DNA of 64,000 nucleotides from Amoebidium appalachense (lineage: Eukaryota > Protista > Ichthyosporea): positions 2,923,106-2,987,105 of the forward strand of contig CAVNZM010000003.1 in assembly GCA_963693365.1 (NCBI GenBank). Reading direction: 5' to 3'. Shown here piece after piece: positions 60,270 to 64,000 of this stretch. A program made the translations under genes and the position numbers. Under the pieces are notes generated by a model. The model did no database searches, was not told the origin of the DNA, and saw nothing but the letters and a program-made list of their open reading frames with translations. The stretch's first letter is position 1. Every line of letters starts with the position of its first letter.

Positions 60270-60584
60270 TCGACATCCATACGTGTTCCGTATGGTCACT
60301 TTATTAACTTCGGTTGGATAGTGGCATCAAGCACACAAGTAAACAACACAACTAATATACCACCCCAGCATCCTACAGCACACAAGTTAACAACACAACT
60401 AACATACCACCCCAGGTGGCATCCATTCTCTACTATCTACTTTATCTCGCATCTCGTATCAACATTACTCTTATGCAAACAAAAAATACCAAAAAGAATC
60501 ATGACAAAAAAAGAAGAAAAAAGAAGAAAAAAGAAAAAGAAAACTACCACACAAGCACAACAGGCTGGGCTGGGGCAACACAGA

Positions 60585-61704
60585 AACGAAAAACGGAAAC
60601 AACAGCAGCCATAGGACAAAGAGCCGGTACCCACCTCTAGAGTGGCAAAAAAAGAATCGACAGAACGAACCTCAAACATAGTAAGGACGGAAACCCGGAC
60701 CAGAACTTATAAGTCTAGAGAAGCAGAAAATAGCTTGAACGACTGGTGGAGGGGATGATAGCTATAGTGCTAACAGCAAAAGTAGTGCCCACAGTCGCTG
60801 GTTCATGAACGTGAAAAGGCAACGTGCATCTGCAGCCAGCAGGCACACGCACCCGCACGCACACACACACACACGCACACGCACACAGACACAGACATAA
60901 TCACAGGCACGGACACAGACCAGACAGACAAACGCCACATGCACAAAAGCAGGCAACACAAACCTAACCTTCAAACGGCCTTTCAGCCGTTAGGCGAAGA
61001 AGCTGGAGCATGCAGCATGGTCGAAACCATTCAGCACGGTGGCTGCGCGACCTGCGGAGGGCAAAAAAAGAGTCGACAGAACCAACCTCAAACTTAGTAA
61101 GGACGGAAACCCGGACCAGAACTTATGAAGTCTAGAGAAGCAGAAAATAGCTTGAACGACTGGTGAAGGGGATGATAGCTATAGTGCTAACAGCAAAAGT
61201 AGTGCCCACAGTCGCTGGTTCATGAACGTGAAAAGGCAACGTGCATCTGCAGCCAGCAGGCACACGCACACGCACGCACACACATACACACACACGCACA
61301 CAGACACAGACACAGACACAAGACATAATCACAGGCACGGACACAGACCAGACAGACAAACGCCACATGCACAAAAGCAGGCAACACAAAACTAACCTTC
61401 AAACGGCCTTTCAGCCGTTAGGCGAAGAAGCTGCAGCATGTAGCATGGTCGAAACCATTCAGCACGGTGGCTGCGCGACCTGCGGATGGGACCTGTGACC
61501 AGGCGACCTGCGGGAGGCGACCTGCGGGAAGGGAACTGCGACCAGGCGACCTGCGGGAAGGGACCTGCGACCAGGCGACCTGCGGGAAAGGACCTGCGGA
61601 CCTGCGGGAAGGGGGAAGAGAAATGGAGCAAACAACGTGCGTACAGGCTTAAACGGACAAAAAATTGCAAACCGGATTGGGTTTAGCCAATCACTATTTG
61701 CTAT
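60585..61704 (-). repeat. Dispersed repeat, right inverted copy with an internal ~420-bp tandem duplication
   Basis: Reverse complement of 5959-6775; block ~60643-61060 repeats at ~61061-61490. Confidence 0.85.
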
Positions 61705-62273
61705 CAGAAGCGGATTCCCATGGTGTACATAATGTGATTGGATCGATTCTCGGCGGATCGGTGAGGTTGGCGATATGGTGGACATATTTCGGACACCGTT
61801 GCCATACGTTCCGACGGAGCTTAAGTTATAACGTTAACGCTGTTTATTCGAGGCCTATCCCCGCTTTACGTAGAAAGGTCATGTGTGGGGGAAGATGTGA
61901 ACACCCAGACGTGTATGTACACCCGGGCAGGCCTGTGTACTCGTTGTTATGTTAATAGTTGGTTGATGGAGTACATCTTCAACGCGACGTATACACGCGT
62001 GCGTGCGATTCAGGAAGGGGCCCCCATATGGCTCTCGTATTATTATATTCGTGTGATATATATATTCTATGTACTATCTATTACCAATATACGTTACGTA
62101 TTGGTACAATATCACCAATACTAATTAAATATCGTCACGCGTGATGGTGATGGCATCCATGTAGCTCTGCAGCAGTGTGTGTGTGTGGTGTGTGTGTGTG
62201 TGGTGTGGAGAGGCGGCGGCCTGGGGTGGGGGGGGGGGGAGGGGGGAGGGGGGGGGGGGGGGGAGGGCCCGGT

Positions 62274-62317
<44 letters not shown>

Positions 62318-62627
62318 TAGGCAAATACCAGACAGTGATGCATAATTGCACATTCTTTTGCAGCTACAGTTTGATGATATTTACCCACCGTGTGCACCAC
62401 ACATGTGACCCCAGTCTTCCGAGGTGGTGTCACAGGTGGGCGCCAACACCAATAAATTGACTGGTGACGGGTGTACAACCAAAGAAACTCAGCAGCACAT
62501 ATAATAACGTTGATGCTATACCCTGCCTAGTTAACGTAATAATAAGTGCACCATCGCACGCGTGACCCCCTCCCCCCCCCCCCCCCCCGGGGGGGGGGGG
62601 GGGGGTGTTTTGCCGCGCGGTACCCCT

Positions 62628-64000
62628 GATATTGTAGGTGTACACTGCCCCCACAACCCCAACTGTGTGCTGAATATCTCGTGCTAGGAAACCAATAACG
62701 CGAAACTAACACATGCCGCATGATATATGATATATATGGTGCAAGGGGGGTTTCAATCCGGGCTACAATGATGTGTTTTTTTCGTGTGACCCTCGTACTC
62801 CAGAGGCACATTCACCATCCCCACCATAAACTTTGTGGTAAATTTCTCGTGCTAGAAGCTGTTCTGTGGGTAGTTAATGAAAAAACCAATAATGTCTAGG
62901 TAACACATGTACATATACTATGCTACAAGGGGGGTTCTATACGAGCTACAACGTTGTGGTTTTTTCGTGTGCCCCTCGTACTCCAGGGGCACATTCACCA
63001 TCCCCCCATAAACTTTGTGGTAAATTTCTCGTGCTAGAAGCTGTTCTGTGGGTAGTTATTGAAAAAACCAATAATGTGTAAGTAACACGTGTACATATAT
63101 TATGCTACAAGGGGGGTTCTATTCGAGCTACAACGTTGTGTTTTTTTCGTGTGACCCTCGTACTCCAGGGGCACATGCACCATCCCCCCAATAAACGTTT
63201 TGGTATATTTCTCGTGCTAGAGGCTGTTCTGTGGGTAGTTATTGAAAAACCCAAAAATGTCTAGGTAACACATGGACATATACTATGCTACAAGGGGGGT
63301 TCTATACGAGCTACAACGTTGTGTTTTTTCCGTGTGACCCTCGTACTCCAAGGGCACATTCAACATCCCCCCCATAAACTGTGTGGTAAATTTCTCGTGC
63401 TAGAAGCTGTTCTGTGGGTAGTTATCGAAAAAACCAATAATGTCTCGGTAACACATGTACATATACTATGCTACAAGGGGGGTTCTATACGAGCTACAAC
63501 GTTGTGTTTTTTTCGTGTGACCATCGTACTCCAGGGGCACATTCACCATCCCCCCCATAAACTTTGTGGTAAATGTCTCGTGCTAGAAGCTGTTCTGTGG
63601 GTAGTTATCGAAAAAACCAATAATGTCTAGGTAACACATGTACATATACTATGCTACAAGGGGGGTTCTAAACGAGCTACAACGTTGTGTTTTTTTCGTG
63701 TGACCCTCGTACTCCAGGGGCACATTCACCATCCCCCCCATAAACTTTGTGGTAAATGTCTCGTGCTAGAAGCTGTTCTGTGGGTAGTTATCGAAAAAAC
63801 CAATAATGTCTAGGTAACACATGTACATATACTATGCTACAAGGGGGGTTCTATACGAGCTACAACGTTGTGGTTTTTTCGTGTGCCCCTCGTACTCCAG
63901 GGGCACATTCACCAACCCCCCCATAAACGTTGTGGTAAATGTCTCGTGCGAGAGGCTGTTCTGTGGGTAGTTATTGAAAAAACCAATAATGTCTAGGTAA
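62628..64000 (-). repeat. ~181-bp satellite array (right, inverted), including the same array-end junction as 4020-4125
   Basis: Units are reverse complements of the left satellite; tgtaggtgtacactgccccc..tgtgtgctgaatatc..acatgccgcatgatata mirrors 4025-4122. Confidence 0.95.

Overview
Eukaryotic, microsatellite-rich genomic DNA holding one complete endogenous Polinton/Polinton-like virus at 9047-60269. The virus has ~750-bp terminal inverted repeats and a TCGAC target-site duplication (TSD). It encodes a protein-primed PolB, a VLTF3-like factor, double-jelly-roll major capsid protein, penton, A32-type packaging ATPase, fibre-like paralogs, a 7-TM protein, an rve integrase and a phage-type N6-adenine methyltransferase. 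It is about 28 kb once three nested insertions are removed, and each removal restores an interrupted viral ORF in frame. The insertions are (i) a 1.1-kb copia-type TRIM in pPolB, (ii) a 4.5-kb non-autonomous LTR element in a small membrane-protein gene, and (iii) a 17.5-kb element bounded by GTTTT direct repeats. This third element begins with an RT-less DIRS/Ngaro-type gag plus an intact tyrosine recombinase, followed by ~15 kb of host-like cargo, and is a candidate giant recombinase-mobilised cargo element. The host flanks mirror each other: a ~181-bp satellite and a second repeat occur in inverted orientation on both sides. pPolB strongly avoids CGC/GCG. All calls rest on manual reading and motif recognition; no database searches were run.
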